Of a DNA stretch of 64,000 nucleotides, positions 40,895-54,466 are shown in pieces. Made by a program: the position numbers and the translations under genes. Source of the DNA: Octopus sinensis (taxonomy: Eukaryota); the NCBI RefSeq assembly GCF_006345805.1, contig NC_042997.1, positions 30,690,001 to 30,754,000 of the forward strand, written 5' to 3'. The notes below the pieces were generated by a model, which was not told the DNA's origin, did no database searches, and worked only from the letters and a program-made list of their open reading frames with translations. The stretch's first letter is position 1, and every line of letters begins with the position of its first letter.

Positions 40895-42098
40895 AAAGGA
40901 AAATTAACCGAGAAGATAGTTTTCATGTGCGGCAGATGTACAGGGGCAATAGACGCCACAGATTCTCAGAAAACAGATTCCATCACACTCCAGGGGGAGA
41001 AGCTAGAAGTACTTGATAGTTTCCGCTACCTAGGTGACCAAGTCAGTAGTGGAGGTGGATGCTCAGAGAGTGTCACCACTAGAATACAAATAGCCTGGGT
41101 AAGTTTAGAAAGCTTCTACCCCTACTGGTGACAAAGGGTCTCTTGCTCAGAGTGAAAGGTAGATTGTATGATGCATGTGTGTGAACTGCCATGCTTCACG
41201 GCAGTGAAACATGGGCTATGACTGCAGAGGACATGCGTAGGCTTGAAAGAAATGAAGCTAGCATGATCCGCTGTATGTGTAATGTCAGTGTGCACACATG
41301 ACAGAGTGTAAGCACCCTGGGAGAAATGCTGGACATAAGAAGCATCAGATGTGGTGTGCAAGAGAGACGTTTGCACTGGTATGGTCATGTACTGTGGATG
41401 GATGAGGAGAGATGTATGAGGAAGTGCCACTCCCAAACTGTTGAAGGTATCCAGGGGAGAGGTAGACCCATGAAGACATGGCATGAGGTGGTCAAGCATG
41501 ACCTTCGAATGTTGGGCCTTACAAAGGCAATGACGAAGAACTGAGATCTCTGGAGATATGCTGTGACTTTGAAGACCTGACAAATAATGTGAGTTCATAG
41601 CTGTTTCCTGCACCAGTTTCGCATAGCCCCAACCCATCCAAAGTACCTTGGGTTGCAGAATGACCTGCTGTGCATACCCTGGATCATAGGGTGACCTGCT
41701 GTGCTTGAGGAGACCTATTGGGTCAAGTACATCAAAATCAAAATAAATACCAAATGGAAATTGTAGTTGTGATACCTGTGCCAGTGGCACGTAAAAAGCA
41801 CCATCTGAATGTGGCTGATGCCAGTGCAGCCTTGACTGCCTTCTGTGCCGGTGGCACGTAAAAAGCACTGACCGATCGTGGCCGCTTCCAGCCTCCCCTG
41901 GCACCTGTGCCGGTGACACGTAAAAAGCACCCACTATACTCATGGAGTGGTTGGCATTAGGAAGGGCATCCAGCTGTAGAAACACTGCCAGATCAAACTG
42001 GAGCCTGGTGCAGCCTCCTGGCTTCCCAGACCCCGGTTGAACCGTCCAATCTGTGCTAGCACGGAAAACGGACGTTAAACAATGATGATGATGATGAT
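40895..42098 (+). mobile_element. RTE-type LINE 3' portion (RT C-terminus, then 3' tail ending in (TGA)n)
   Basis: EKLEVLDSFRYLGDQVSSGGGC..., KGRLYDACV, MLHGSETWAM, RRLHWYGHVLWMDEER, GRGRPMKTW; frameshifted, and followed by the abundant ...ggacgttaaac(gat)n tail. Confidence 0.88.
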
Positions 42099-42185
42099 AT
42101 ATATATACATTATTTACTATTTACTATTTAATTGAATGTCACACATCCATTTCCAAGTAAGTTTATATATATATATAATATATAT

Positions 42186-42255
<70 letters not shown>

Positions 42256-42714
42256 GTATATATATATGTATGTGTATGTCTTTGTGCCTGTGTTTGTCCC
42301 ACCATCACCGCTTGACAACCCGCCCATGTTGGTATGTTTACATCCCCATAACTTAGCAGTTCGGCAAAAGAGACCAATAGAATAATTACCAGGCTTTAAA
42401 AAAAATAAGTCCTGGGGTTAATTTGTTTGACTAAAAGGTGCTGCTCCAGCATACCCACAGTCACATGACTGAAACAAGTAAATAAGTAAAAGATTAATAA
42501 ACACAAAGTCAATTTAGACACAGGAAATAATCAAGGAAGGCTTTCATTATTCAAAGAGCTCTGGTTAAGACATTTGTTTATTACAAAATAAAAGTTCAAA
42601 ATAATTTTGCTATGATAAATATTGTGTAAGAATTTTTCATAAATATTCTCAAAGTATATCAAAGAAAAACTTTATGATCACTTATTTTTAATGAAAACAA
42701 TAGAATAGTTTTAG

Positions 42715-42770
42715 AGAGGAAGGGAGAGAGAAAGAAAGAAAAAGAAAGAAAGAAAGAAGAAAGAAAGAAA

Positions 42771-42810
<40 letters not shown>

Positions 42811-43153
42811 ACGAAAGAAAGGAAGAAAGAAAGAAAGAAAGAGAAATGTGCTGCAGTAAATAAAGATTAGTTGATGAAAACAATTGACCAGAGAGAGGGG
42901 GGAGAAGAGAAGAGAGGAGGAGGAGGAGGAGGAAGAGAGAAAGAGAGAGAGAAACACACAGACACACACACACACACAAGCAGGCAGGCAGGCAGGCAGG
43001 CAGGCAGGCATGCAGGCAAGCAGACAGAAACATTGCCACTGAATAAAAATTGTATCATAATAACTGAAAAGAGTGGTAGAGACTGAGAGAGAGAGAGACA
43101 GAGAGAGAGATAGACAGAGAGAGAGAGAGAAAGACAGAGAGATAGAAAGACAG

Positions 43154-43199
<46 letters not shown>

Positions 43200-43245
43200 G
43201 CAGGCAGGCAGACAGACAGGCAGGCAGGTAGGCAAGCAGATAGAC
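42715..43245. repeat. Compound purine-rich microsatellites (GAAA, GGA, GA, CAGG, GACA)
   Basis: Direct inspection. Confidence 0.9.
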
Positions 43246-43582
43246 AGTGACACCACAGTTTCTAAAAATGAGTTTTGTGCTTGAAGCACATACTTAAGTC
43301 TTCAAGTCAAGGAAAGTGAGAAGTAAAACATATATGCAAAGCTACACAAATGTTTTCTCCACCCAAACACTTACATACCTCATCTTCAACTATAGCTGAT
43401 CATTACGGATCGGGATACAGCATTACTAAAACACACAAAAGAAAAAAAAAGAGATGGCTATCATTGGTTCCAATGGGCAACCATAACAAAACAAGCATCT
43501 GTTAGACAAGTTCTATTTTGCTTCAGACCTTAGAAAAATTTTCATACAAACTCTGGTTATATAAAAATTTATCTTTATGACT

Positions 43583-44690
43583 GGATGAATATAGAGGACA
43601 AATCAAAAATAGATGATATTCATCCACTATTTTTGATTTGTCCTATATATTCATCACTATTTTATAGGACAAATCAAAAATAGCGGATGAATATAGAGGA
43701 CAAATCAAAAATAGATGATATTCATCCACTATTTTTGATTTGTCCTATATATTCATCACTATTTTATAGGACAAATGAAAAATAGTGGATGAATATAGAG
43801 GACAAATCAAAAATAGATGATATTCATCCACTATTTTTGATTTGTCCTATATATTCATCACTATTTTATAGGACAAATCAAAAATAGTGGATGAATATAG
43901 AGGACAAATCAAAAATAGATGATATTCATCCACTATTTTTGATTTGTCCTATATATTCATCACTATTTTATAGGACAAATCAAAAATAGCGGATGAATAT
44001 AGAGGACAAATCAAAAATAGATAATATTCATCCACTATTTTTGATTTGTCCTATATATTCATCACTATTTTATAGGACAAATCAAAAATAGTGGATGAAT
44101 ATAGAGGACAAATCAAAAATAGATGATATTCATCCACTATTTTTGATTTGTCCTATATATTCATCACTATTTTATAGGATAAATGAAAAATAGTGGATGA
44201 ATATAGAGGACAAATCAAAAATAGATGATATTCATCCACTATTTTTGATTTGTCCTATATATTCATCACTATTTTATAGGACAAATGAAAAATAGTGGAT
44301 CAATATAGAGGACAAATCAAAAATAGATGATATTCATCCACTATTTTTGATTTGTCCTATATATTCATCACTATTTTATAGGATAAATGAAAAATAGTGG
44401 ATGAATATAGAGGACAAATCAAAAATAGATGATATTCATCCACTATTTTTGATTTGTCCTATATATTCATCACTATTTTATAGGACAAATGAAAAATAGT
44501 GGATCAATATAGAGGACAAATCAAAAATAGATGATATTCATCCACTATTTTTGATTTGTCCTATATATCATCACTATTTTATAGGACAAATGAAAAATAG
44601 TGGATGAATATAGAGGATAAATCAAAGTAGTGATTAATATATAGGACAAATCAAAAACAGAGGGTGAATTTTGAGGACAAATGAAAAATA
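43583..44690. repeat. 102-bp tandem array with internal palindromes, about 10-11 copies
   Basis: Period 102 (ggatgaat at 43583 and 43685); each unit has aggacaaatcaaaaatag twice forward and once reversed. Confidence 0.95.
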
Positions 44691-45000
44691 GATATTAAGA
44701 TAAAAATAGGGAGTAAAGTTTAAAACTAGAAAGTGCTGAATATGGATAAATGAATTAAAAGAAATTGCTTTTGTTAGGACCCTTGGAGGAGGTGCCTGAT
44801 GATTCTACCCTCACTGCCTTTGCAGGAAGAGTGGGTGGAGAAGACGAGCAGAAAAAGAATCCAAAAATACAAGAGAAATAATTTGCACAATTAATGTGTC
44901 AGTTTGAGTCATTGACACTGATGCTGTCTACTGAAAGAAAATTCCATACTGCAACTGTTAGTAGAGCAAAGCATTTCCATTAATTAAGCAATTTTAACTT

Positions 45001-45917
45001 ACACATGCACACACACACACACATGCACACATCCACGCGCACACACACACACACATGCACAAACACACACACATGCATGCACGCATGCACACACACACAT
45101 ACACACACACGCACGCATGCATACACACACACATGCACATGCACACACACACACACACAAACACACACGCACACACGCACACAAACACACACACATGCAC
45201 ACGCACACACACACAAACACATGCACACACCGCACACAACACACACACATGCACACGCACACACGCACACACACACCACACACACACACGCACACACGCA
45301 CACAAACACACACACATGCACACGCACACACACACACACACACGCACACACACACAACAAACACACACACATGCACACGCACACACGCACCACACACACA
45401 AACACACACGCACACAAACACACACATGCACACGCACACACACACAAACACACATGCACACACGCACACAAACACACACACATGCACATGCACACACACA
45501 CAAACACACACGCACACACGCACACAAACACACACACATGCACACGCACACACACACACAAACACACATGCACACACGCACACAAACACACACACATGCA
45601 CACGCACACACACACAAACACACATGCACACACGCACACAAACACACACACATGCACACGCACACACGCACACACACACAAAACACACGCACACACGCAC
45701 ACAAACACACACAGATGCGCACACGCACACACACACAAACAAACATGCACACGCACACACACACAAACACACACGCACACAAACACACACACATGCACAC
45801 AAACACACACACATGCACACAAACACACACACATGCACACAAACACACACACATGCACACAAACACACACACATGCACGTGCACACACATACACACACAC
45901 AAACAAACACACGCATG
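45001..45917. repeat. Long compound (CA)n microsatellite/minisatellite
   Basis: About 900 bp of CA with recurring caaa, catg and cacg interruptions. Confidence 0.95.
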
Positions 45918-46695
45918 CTTCTGTCCCAGTAAAATCTCTTCTCAAGACATAGAATTTTCTGTTAATAGGCAGCAGTCGGAGACAGATTGAGGGTCAATGT
46001 CTGTGACCTTTACCTGCTCTACCAGACCGGTGACACTGATGAAGCTGACACCAGGGCTCTAATAGCTGCAGGTCAATGTCTGCTGGAAAAAAACACAGAG
46101 TAAAGGAATTGATGGAGGTGGGGTTAATTTTGGTCTGAATGTTGGCAATGAAACAGATTCCTCTGAAAGCAGCCAATAATCAGATGTTGGTGTTAAACAG
46201 AACATTTCATTAGGTCACAGTAATGCACAGGGTGGGTCATATAGCCCAGAAGCAAACTACAACATTTGCAGGGGGGCCACATGGCCGAGTAGTTAGGGTG
46301 TTATCTTCATGATTGCAATATCATGGCTTCAATTCCTATACCAGGTGGTGCATTATGTTCTTGTGCAAAACACTTCATCTCATGTTGCTTTGCAATCACA
46401 TTGACACCTGACATGCTGTACACTGTGCACCTGTTCAAGCAACACAAATTTGATAAAGATAATAAGCTAATGTGCAGCACATGCATTTGATAACTATAAA
46501 CAAATTATTTGTGCAGGTGTTCTCTTCAATGGGAGAGTCCATAATATATGTGTGTAGGAGTGGCTGTGTGGTAATCCCACTGCATGGCATCTTGAGCAAG
46601 TGTCTTCTACTATAGCCATGGGCTAACCAAAGCCTTGTGAGTGGATTTGGTTGACAGAAACTGGAAAAAGGTCAATCGCATATATAATCATACAA

Positions 46696-47227
46696 GCAAA
46701 ACGCCCCCCATCCAATGGGCGGTGCTGAATAAAAAACAATCAGTGTTTTCTTTTCATTAAAAAACAATTAAGCATGCCTTGGTTTCAATAAAATTTTTGG
46801 CTTTGTTAAATGAAATTAAGGCAAAAAAAAATCTTCTTGAGAAACCAAATAGTCTTTCCTTCCTTCATGCCAAGTTTGAAGGAAATATCTCTTTTGCATC
46901 TTCCTTTTTGGTCTCTTAAATATACTGCATTTTGTGGCATTATTTCAAGCCCGGCTTTTTTTTTGTGCAAACTGTACGTGCATTTTTCTCGCGTACATAT
47001 AGTATTGATTACAACAGCTGATGTACTTGCACGTACAAATGCACGTTCCCACGGCTTTATCGATCGCATTCTCACCTGGAATCGATTTTTGTAATTTTTT
47101 CAAGACTTATACACACCCTGATACCGTTGGTATCTACATATTAAATTTGAGCGCAATCGGATGGAGGATGCCCGAGATCCTAGAAGACACACACACAGAC
47201 AGACAGAAGGGATTTTATATAATATAC
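46696..47227 (-). mobile_element. Probable non-autonomous Helitron, second family
   Basis: Minus strand starts tatattatataaaatcccttctgtctgtctgtgtg and ends with a cgccc..gggcg hairpin and degenerate CTTG|T; it splits a family B SINE in two. Confidence 0.55.
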
Positions 47228-47265
<38 letters not shown>

Positions 47266-47627
47266 GTAGGTGTGTGTATTTGTGTGTCTGTGTTTGCCCC
47301 CCACCATCACTTGACACCAATGTTGGTGTGTTTATGTCCCCATAACTTAACAGTTCGGCAAAAGTGACAGATAGAATAAGTACTAGGCTTACAAAGAATA
47401 AGTCCTGGGTTTGATTTGTTCAACTAAAGGCACAGTTAAATGACTGAAGCAAGTAAAAATAAAAGAATATATATATATATATAAACAAAAAAAAAAAAGA
47501 TATATATATATATATATTATATATTTGATAGAAATGGCAAGACAACAAAAGAATGAAGAGACCTTGATATTATGGAAATAGTGGAATTTATCTGTAAATA
47601 TATATGTGACAATTATTCGGTAGCCAT

Positions 47628-47688
47628 AATAAAACTCTGAGTTTCGGATGTCAGGGCGGAAACCCACGCCGGTATCTCTTCAGTTATT
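47628..47688 (-). ncRNA. Type I hammerhead ribozyme in the 3' repeat of the Penelope-like element
   Basis: AATAA-CTGAAGA-gat..ggcg/cgcc..atcc-GAAA-CTCAGAG-TT-TTATT; same strand as, and downstream of, the GIY-YIG ORF. Confidence 0.75.
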
Positions 47689-48409
47689 GGGCCATCGTAA
47701 ACAATGCCATGAAAATGACCATTAAAACAAAGGGGAATTATTGTGTGATTGACCGTTAGTAAGACAAAAGAGCTGAACGCTAAGTAAGGGGAGGGAGTAA
47801 AGGTAAGGAAGTAAAAATGTTCATAGAATTTGCGTAAGCATGCACGTCCATACATACACATGTGTGCCTACACACCCACGTACATGCGTCTATATGTATA
47901 TACTCATCCACCCTCACTTGAAACACACACATGCTCACCCACACATTCGCCAAAAAATATATACACACCTGCATACACGCGCGCACAAAAAAGGTTCATA
48001 CACATGTCTATATACATACATGCACAAGAAATAACAGAGCAAAAGGCAAAATAAGAAAAACGTGTAAAAAAGTGTAAAAAATAAGCAATAAGAGTAAAAT
48101 ACGTCTATATACGCACATACTCGCATGCACATACACACACATCTATATACACACATACCCGCACATATACACACATCCACATGCGCACACAAAAAATTCC
48201 ATATACACATTTATATACGCACAGGAAAAATGCAGGGTGGAAGGTAGAATACAGAAAACTTATGTGTAAAAAATATATAAGCAATAAAACTATAAACCAA
48301 TATCTCTATAAATATGTAAAAAAAATATATAAAAAATATATAAGAAATATAAGTAAAAAGTATAGAGAGATAAAAGCCTTGTATATGGACACAATATAGA
48401 AAGCAAGTC

Positions 48410-48844
48410 CTATCTGTAATCTCGGAGGAACCAAAAACTTAACAAATATTTAGTCACATGTGGATATGATCTGAAAAGTTTAGTTCTTGAATTTAGACAT
48501 GTGGCGGGGTCTAAGCTGCTTTTCCAGATAAACCATCTTTCCATAACACAAAGACTGCCTTTTCCAATGCTGTTGGTGTAGGGCTTACACTTGGCTAAGA
48601 TCTTCCAATGGATGTTGTAACTGACACCTTTATCTTTTAATGACCATATATGACTGAATAATTTGGTTGTTTTCCTTTTATCCCAGTACCTGAAGCTCAA
48701 GGTGTGATTATTGAACCTGGCCTTGAAATTACCCTCTGTAAAGCCCATGTATTTCTTCATTGAAACCATGTCCTTAGTGGGTATAGAGTCCACGGTGGCT
48801 TCATAAATGATGGTCTCAGATATGCAAGCTCCATTTACGAGCAC
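48410..48844 (-). pseudogene. GIY-YIG endonuclease domain of the Penelope-like element (disrupted ORF)
   Basis: IIY/YMG GIY-YIG motifs with conserved R, E and N; a frameshift and stop separate it from the upstream RT remnant. Confidence 0.85.
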
Positions 48845-50891
48845 AAATTTTTATCCTTGCATGAACAGCTGGTTTCCTATTGTGATTTTTGTATGTTGTG
48901 TGTGATTATATTTTTAAAATTGGTAGTTGAGCTGAAACTGATTTTTAAGTTATGTCTATTTAAGAGCTTTCTGTAACTATGGTTGAGTGGAAAATGTCTA
49001 TCTATCAGTGCTAAGAAATACTTGCCTATATTAAAGGTCACCTTGGGTGAGTAGCTGGGTGTGAACCAGATAGTTTTCCTATTCCTATGTTTCCTTTTCT
49101 ATATTATTGTACTGGTGGCAGGTGTATAGGTTATTTCCTCGCTAAATCCACTATCTTTTAGAGCCTTATTATATACCAGGGCTACGCTATTAAAAATGTC
49201 CCTATCAGAGGAGAGGCTAGAAATTCTTTTGCTAATGTTTTTAACTAATATATATATACTAGCAATGCACCCCAGCATTGCCTGGATGTTGTGACCCACA
49301 GCCACATTGTATTATTTGTTCCTTTCTTATGGGCAGAATCGGCACATGAAGAGCATGAAGCAAACAACTCTTCTTTATAAACATGTTTTTTGGTCATTTT
49401 ACTGATGAGCAACACTGCAGTTTCCATCTACCAAATTCAGTCACAAGTCTGTGGTTGGCCTAGGGCTATAGTAGGAAGCACTAGCCCAAGGTACCATACA
49501 GAGGGACTGAATGTAGATCCATGTGGTAGTAAACTCAGCCACACAGCTATTCTTATACCTGATGTGTGTGTGTGTGTTTACATTTGTTGTTAAATTGAGT
49601 ATTGTGTCCTACTATGTCTCAAAGTTAACAGTTCATCAAGCAGAGATCTATAAAATAAATGTCAGATTGAAATATGTACTGAGGTCAGTATGATCAATTA
49701 AATTTTTGAAAGTGATACTCTATCATGGTGACAGTCAAAAGACTAAACCCAGTAAAATAATGTTTAAAGACTTAATGGCTTCAAATTGAAGGTAATGGAT
49801 TACTAACCACAAGATAATGAGTTGAAAACTTTGTATTGAACTTCCACTCTATACGATAACAGTATATGTACATCTCAGTGTACTTGACTTCCAACAATTA
49901 ACAATTGTAATTTGAAGTTGAGTGGTTAGCAGGAAGAAGGATGTTCAGATTGTTGTAAAAATTATTGTGCAAAATATTCTAAGGAAAAAGTAATTTTGTT
50001 ACTACAACAAAACACACACAGATGCGGTGGTGGAAGTGTGTCTGTGATAACTTGAACCACTACAAATAGCAACCAAATCTCTCTTAAAACAGATACTTTC
50101 ATCAAAGAAAGACACAGATTTTCAATATTTCAAAAAGAAGAAAGAGAAAAACATAGTGATGGGTCAGCTACATCAAAGGCAACTCTGGGCTAAACAAAAC
50201 TGACAAAGTACTTCACATTAAAAGATTATCGACTAAATAATACTAATAAAATTGATGGTATATCTTCTAAGTTTCCTTCCCTGGTTAAACTCTCTGTAAT
50301 TTGAACATTTTCTCACTATGCTCTATGTAAGACATCACGTTCAAGCAGAGTTGTCTCCCTTAGCTAAAGACTCCAAAATTGTGTGACCTGACTTCGTTTT
50401 TGCAGTTAATTTTGTAGTAAAAAAAAGAGCTGTTGTGCAAAAAACACACTTCATTTGGTAGCTGAAAGATTACTGGATTTTTTGATACCTCATACATCAA
50501 AATCAGCAACTCAGTTTCCAATTCCATAAGGAACATACGCGCGCGCGCACGTACACACACACACGCACACACACACACACAAACTGTTTTACATATTAAG
50601 TAGTTTCGGTATGGAAAAAACCCATTATCGGTAAAAACTTGTACAAAAAGTTTTTTTTGTGTATAACTATAAATATAATTAAGGGTTTAGCAACAAGTTG
50701 CTTCACCACAATTCTGTTGTTCCATGACTCTCTGTTGTCAAATTAGTTCACTATTTACCTCAAAAGCAAAGAGGAGGATTAGATTTTCAAGCAAGCGAGT
50801 TTTTGTCAAAAAATGAAATGTTAAACCCACTGAGTCAACTACTTAAAATTGGTCTCAATTTATCTACAGGACCCTGTAAATACATACACAT

Positions 50892-50930
<39 letters not shown>

Positions 50931-51010
50931 TACATACATACACTCATACACAGAGACACACATACATACATACATACATGCATACATACATACATACATA
51001 CATACATACA

Positions 51011-51042
<32 letters not shown>

Positions 51043-52230
51043 CATACATATGTGTAAACATACACATATGTATACACACACACACACACGTATGTGAGTG
51101 TTGAGCATTCATACATTTAAAAATTTAGAAATAATAAACTGCTTTATCATATCTTAGATGTAATGATGAAGCAAAATCCATTCAATGAAATAAATACAGA
51201 TAAACTATTTTTTCAATTTGTTTTCATAATTTTTTTTTTTTTTTTTTTTGTAAATATAGAAAACCTTTTTGTCTTGCCATTGGTATATGTATTTTTCATT
51301 TTATCTTTTATATTTTTAATTACAGTGTAGATTCCATTGGTAAAAATCATATAAGTTAAATTATCAATTAATAATTTGTGGGTATTTATTTTTTTCTGAA
51401 ATCAAATTAGTAAACTCAGGTCAAAAGAAACTTAAAAGTTTAATGAGAAGACAAATCTTAAAATAAACATTAAAAATACCTTGTAGTTCAACAGTTCTGT
51501 AATCTATACAAGACACGTGCCACCATAAGGAATAAAGATTTACAATTGGAAGCTTTCTGATGGAAATACTTATAAACACTGTTCCCACGTCATGCCAAAC
51601 TGAGGTAACAAATTGTTTTTCATACATAGACGTACAGGTAACATCCTTCACATGCATGCATGTAAGTATTCAAATATATGTAAGCATTTACATACACATT
51701 CATATAAAACTACTGTCACAGATTCATATATTATGTGTGTATATATATATTTCTTTACTACCCACAAGGGGCTAAACATAGAGGAGACAAACAAGAACAG
51801 ACAAAGGGATTAAGTCGATTACATCGACCCCAGTGCGAAACTGGTACTTTATTTATCAACCCCGAAAGGATGAAAGGCAAAGTCGACCTCGGTGGAATTT
51901 GAACTCAGAACATAACGGCAGACGAAATGCCGCTAAGCATTTTGCCCGGCATGCTTACGTTTCTGCCAACTTGCCGCCTTCACATATATATATATATACA
52001 TACATATACATATGAATGTGTGTGTGTGTGTGTGTCTGTGTGTGTGTGCAATATTGTGTGTGACCATCTGGCCAATAACTAATGAGGATTTAGTAACCTT
52101 CTGTGTCTATTTTCCATTTGTTTGTGCATTTATTATATGCTTTTTTAACTTATTATTTAATGGAACACCACATACTCTTATTTTATTTACAGTTAGTGTG
52201 TGTATATATATAATATATATATATATATAA

Positions 52231-52282
<52 letters not shown>

Positions 52283-53056
52283 GTTTATGTATGTATACAA
52301 ACACATACACACATGTATGTATGTATACATATACATATAGACATGTGTGATGTGAATACTTGTGCATATGTACATGTGCGGGCAATATGTAATAGGAACT
52401 TATAGAAATATACCTTTGGAAAATATCTGCACATAATATGATATTGTTGCTGTTGAGTATACCTATGACCAAAAACATTCCACCTAGACCATTCCATATG
52501 TGTTGGGACAAGTCCACCTCATCCAATGTCTTTTTGTAAAGCGATGGTATGTGACTTGCAGAAGACTGGCTTCTATTTCTAGCTGCTTAAGTATCAAGGT
52601 AGAGGCTCCTTCACTGGATCAAGTGGAGAATAATATTCATAAGGCAGGGATTCACTGGATTGATAGCATGTCAGATTAAATACTTTGTGATATCTAGGTG
52701 CATTTTTTTTTTAGATCCTTAGATCTATTCCTATCCAAGTTAGTGTTGTGTTTCATCTTTCTCAGGTTGTAGTAAGAATATAGTATATATAGGCACTGGT
52801 GTTCCCAGCAAGGCCAGACAGAAAAGGCCACAAACTAGAATGAAATAGTATGTATAAGCACATTAACTTGTACAAATATAAAGGCACATGAATATATATA
52901 CACAAACATATATGCATAAGGACATGTATACGTATATGTACACATATATAAGTACCCATACTCATTCACAGAAAAATGCAACTGCATACAATAACATACA
53001 CATATACATGTGTGTGTATATATATTTATATATACATATGTATGTATATGTATATA

Positions 53057-53088
<32 letters not shown>

Positions 53089-53177
53089 AAGTTAATCCAA
53101 ACAAGAAAGCACAAAAAAACACAACGCGAGGACGTGGAACAAATATAGTATTATTGGACGCTAAGGAAAGAAGGAGG

Positions 53178-53212
53178 GTTTAACGTTTCGAGCGGGGCTC
53201 TTCGTCGGAAAC
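53178..53212 (-). ncRNA. Minimal hammerhead motif, U4C core variant
   Basis: GTTT-CCGACGA-A-GAGC ccc GCTC-GAAA-CG-TT-AAAC; palindromic AACGTT at stem III. Confidence 0.6.
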
Positions 53213-53282
53213 ATAGGAGAAGGAAAGATCCAGAGAAGGGAGACAGAGGAAAAAAAATCGCCAACAGTACACACGAGGTCAC

Positions 53283-53313
<31 letters not shown>

Positions 53314-54071
53314 CAACCATACATACATATATATATACATGTATACTCACACACACACATATATACATACATATATATATTAGAAGCTTTGGAGATGATG
53401 TACAGGTATTATATATTAGAAGAAATGAGGTACACTCAGAAATCTGGATGGTTTTATATTTACAGATATTTATTAATATGTTATGTGTTTTTATAAATTA
53501 TATATCATATATTAGTGCTTTCGTCCACTCTAGAGGAGTCTTCAAATTGAACTAACTTTTGCAGGAATTTTGACTCTTTTTATAGTATTATTGAATGTGT
53601 AGGGTTGGGGAGAGATATAAGATAGTACAAGAGGGTGAGGAATGGGGAGAAAGTGAACATATGTACATATTTGTATGTGAACATATGTACATATTAGTAT
53701 GTTTAAATGGAAAAAAATTATATGTATATATATGCTTGTGCGTATATGTATGTGTGCATATGCATATATATGTTCCTCATGTGTATGCAGACTTGTTTTG
53801 ACATAACTGTAATAACTGTATGATATATTGATATATAGATTGTAAAATTACTATCCTTATAACTTTCATAAATATCTGCTTATATATTATATTATATTCT
53901 ATATTCTATATACTATCTATTGTGAATAACAGAATACATCTAATATTAGTAATAACTGAATATTGTATATGCTTATGGATGTAGATGTGTATGTATATTT
54001 CAGTATATATATAAGTAGTTATGTATATCTATATATGTATATTTATATCTATCTATCTATCTATCTATCTA

Positions 54072-54213
<142 letters not shown>

Positions 54214-54340
54214 CATAAATATATATATATATATTCAAATGTATTTCGTTTTTTTTATGTTTATTATATATATATATTTATTTCGTTTTTTTTTAAATAT
54301 TTATATTTATATTTGTTATAACTTAACATTTGTACTTTAT

Positions 54341-54466
54341 AATCTCTGATGAAGCCTAGAGATACATACAAGTACCTCATGTTCATCTACCTATTACCTC
54401 AATCCACTTGAGTAATAAAGGTAGAATGAGGTGTTTTTATCTTTTGGCTGAAACAGCTGTAAGTTT
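54341..54466 (+). ncRNA. Type I hammerhead ribozyme with 97-nt stem II
   Basis: aatct-CTGATGA-agcc...ggct-GAAA-CAGCTG-TA-agttt; stem II folds as a long interrupted hairpin; stem I pairs at 4 of 5 positions. Confidence 0.75.

Larger units (their letters stand above)
47560..49250 (-). mobile_element. 5'-truncated Penelope-like retroelement (RT thumb/linker, GIY-YIG endonuclease, 3' terminal repeat with hammerhead)
   Basis: ORF 48410-48844 has IIYEA...YMGFTEGNFKARFNNH...HIWSLK...WKIL...LNSR, the PLE GIY-YIG pattern; upstream frames give KRISSLSS...YNKALKDSGF and RKTIWFTPSYS; hammerhead motif downstream at 47628-47688. Confidence 0.9.

Noticed and set aside
41122-41985. 287-aa minus-strand ORF
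   Set aside because: Antisense read-through of the RTE LINE and its tail.
44980-45990. Long ORFs of 270-320 aa on both strands
   Set aside because: Translation of a (CA)n compound microsatellite; the same applies to ORFs near 6.3, 13.2, 35, 42.8, 50.9 and 52-54 kb.
46036-46070. CTGATGA followed by agc..gct as a hammerhead
   Set aside because: No GAAA, stem III or stem I complement.
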